Assembly (NCBI RefSeq): GCF_000015025.1
Contig: NC_008578.1
Span: forward strand, 1,440,001 to 1,472,000
DNA: 32,000 nucleotides
Source of the DNA: Acidothermus cellulolyticus 11B
Lineage (GTDB): Bacteria; Actinomycetota; Actinomycetes; Acidothermales; Acidothermaceae
Direction of reading: 5' to 3'
Shown here: piece after piece, positions 31,854 to 32,000 of the stretch
Position numbering within the stretch: position 1 is the stretch's first letter
How the letters are laid out: each line of letters begins with the position of its first letter
Program-made: the position numbers and the translations under genes
Notes under the pieces: generated by a model
Told to the model about the DNA's origin: nothing
What the model saw: the letters and a program-made list of their open reading frames with translations, nothing else
The model's database searches: none

Positions 31854-32000
31854 TCAGACGACCACGCGGAAAATCTCTTCGAGAGTCGTGACCCCGGCTG
31901 CGACTTTGCGCAGTCCGTCCTCGCGGAGGGTGACCATGCCCTGCTCACGGGCCACCCGGCCGATCGCCTCCGCGGAGGCCCGCTCCACGGCGAGTCGTTC
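31854..32000 (-). CDS. pilB: Type IV pilus assembly ATPase PilB/GspE family, C-terminal 48 codons (5' part beyond the window end)
   Basis: Not in the ORF track because it is truncated. My translation of the minus strand gives ...ERLAVERASAEAIGRVAREQGMVTLREDGLRKVAAGVTTLEEIFRVVV-stop (TGA = rc of 31854-31856). This is the typical GspE/PilB C-terminal tail. Position upstream of pilT-pilC. Confidence 0.8.
   Translation of the reverse strand, partial: ERLAVERASAEAIGRVAREQGMVTLREDGLRKVAAGVTTLEEIFRVVV

Noticed and set aside
19232-32000. Alternative readings of the cluster as a type II secretion system, a Com (competence) pseudopilus or a Tad/Flp pilus.
   Set aside because: The PilT retraction ATPase and PilM/N/O point to a T4aP-like pilus. 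The pilins are 149-aa G/FTLIE type with a C-terminal disulfide loop, not the 50-70-aa Flp type. No GspD/C/L/M, TadZ/RcpA or ComGA/EA/EC-type genes are present. DNA uptake as a function of this pilus cannot be excluded.
19232-32000. The pilus cluster as a mobile genomic island.
   Set aside because: I saw no integrase, transposase, tRNA or flanking direct or inverted repeats. The genes are co-oriented and contiguous with the aro operon. Only the minor-pilin segment shows atypical composition, and that is reported separately.

Overview
This is a high-G+C (about 65-70% by spot counts) actinobacterial chromosome segment, and all genes but one are on the minus strand. Positions 1-19.1 kb are a conserved housekeeping block. 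It holds metK (partial)-coaBC-rpoZ-gmk-mihF, then an eight-gene pyrimidine operon pyrR-pyrB-pyrC-carA-carB-pyrK-pyrD-pyrF in which six of seven junctions overlap by 1 or 4 nt. Next come the developmental regulator gene bldD (the only + strand gene), nusB-efp, and the shikimate genes aroC-aroK-aroB-aroQ. The order matches what I recall of the Streptomyces coelicolor metK..bldD..aroC region; this is from memory and not checked. Positions 19.2-32 kb hold a complete, secretin-less type IV pilus (T4aP-like) cluster that runs co-directionally into aroC: pilB (partial)-pilT-pilC / pilA1 / pilA2 / PilV-like-PilW-like-PilX-like-pilD / pilM-pilN-pilO-PilP-like. The most notable points are listed here. 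(1) The intact PilT-containing pilus machine sits in an actinobacterium. (2) It includes two very large minor-pilin-like proteins (616 and about 540 aa). (3) PilT has an N-terminal extension of about 190 aa. (4) A membrane-anchored PilP-like protein follows pilO. (5) The two pilin paralogues keep conserved upstream islands resembling a sigma-28/WhiG-type promoter. (6) The 11-mer CCGGTTGGCGG recurs at the pilB-pilT junction and in a 3 x 23 bp tandem repeat between pyrR and bldD. Recognisable cis elements include a PyrR-binding RNA loop over the pyrR Shine-Dalgarno, a BldD box on the bldD promoter, and two perfect hairpins of 15-16 bp that bracket the pilin genes. I saw no rRNA, tRNA, CRISPR array, transposase or integrase. 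All calls rest on reading the sequence and the ORF track by eye; no BLAST, HMM or folding programs were run.
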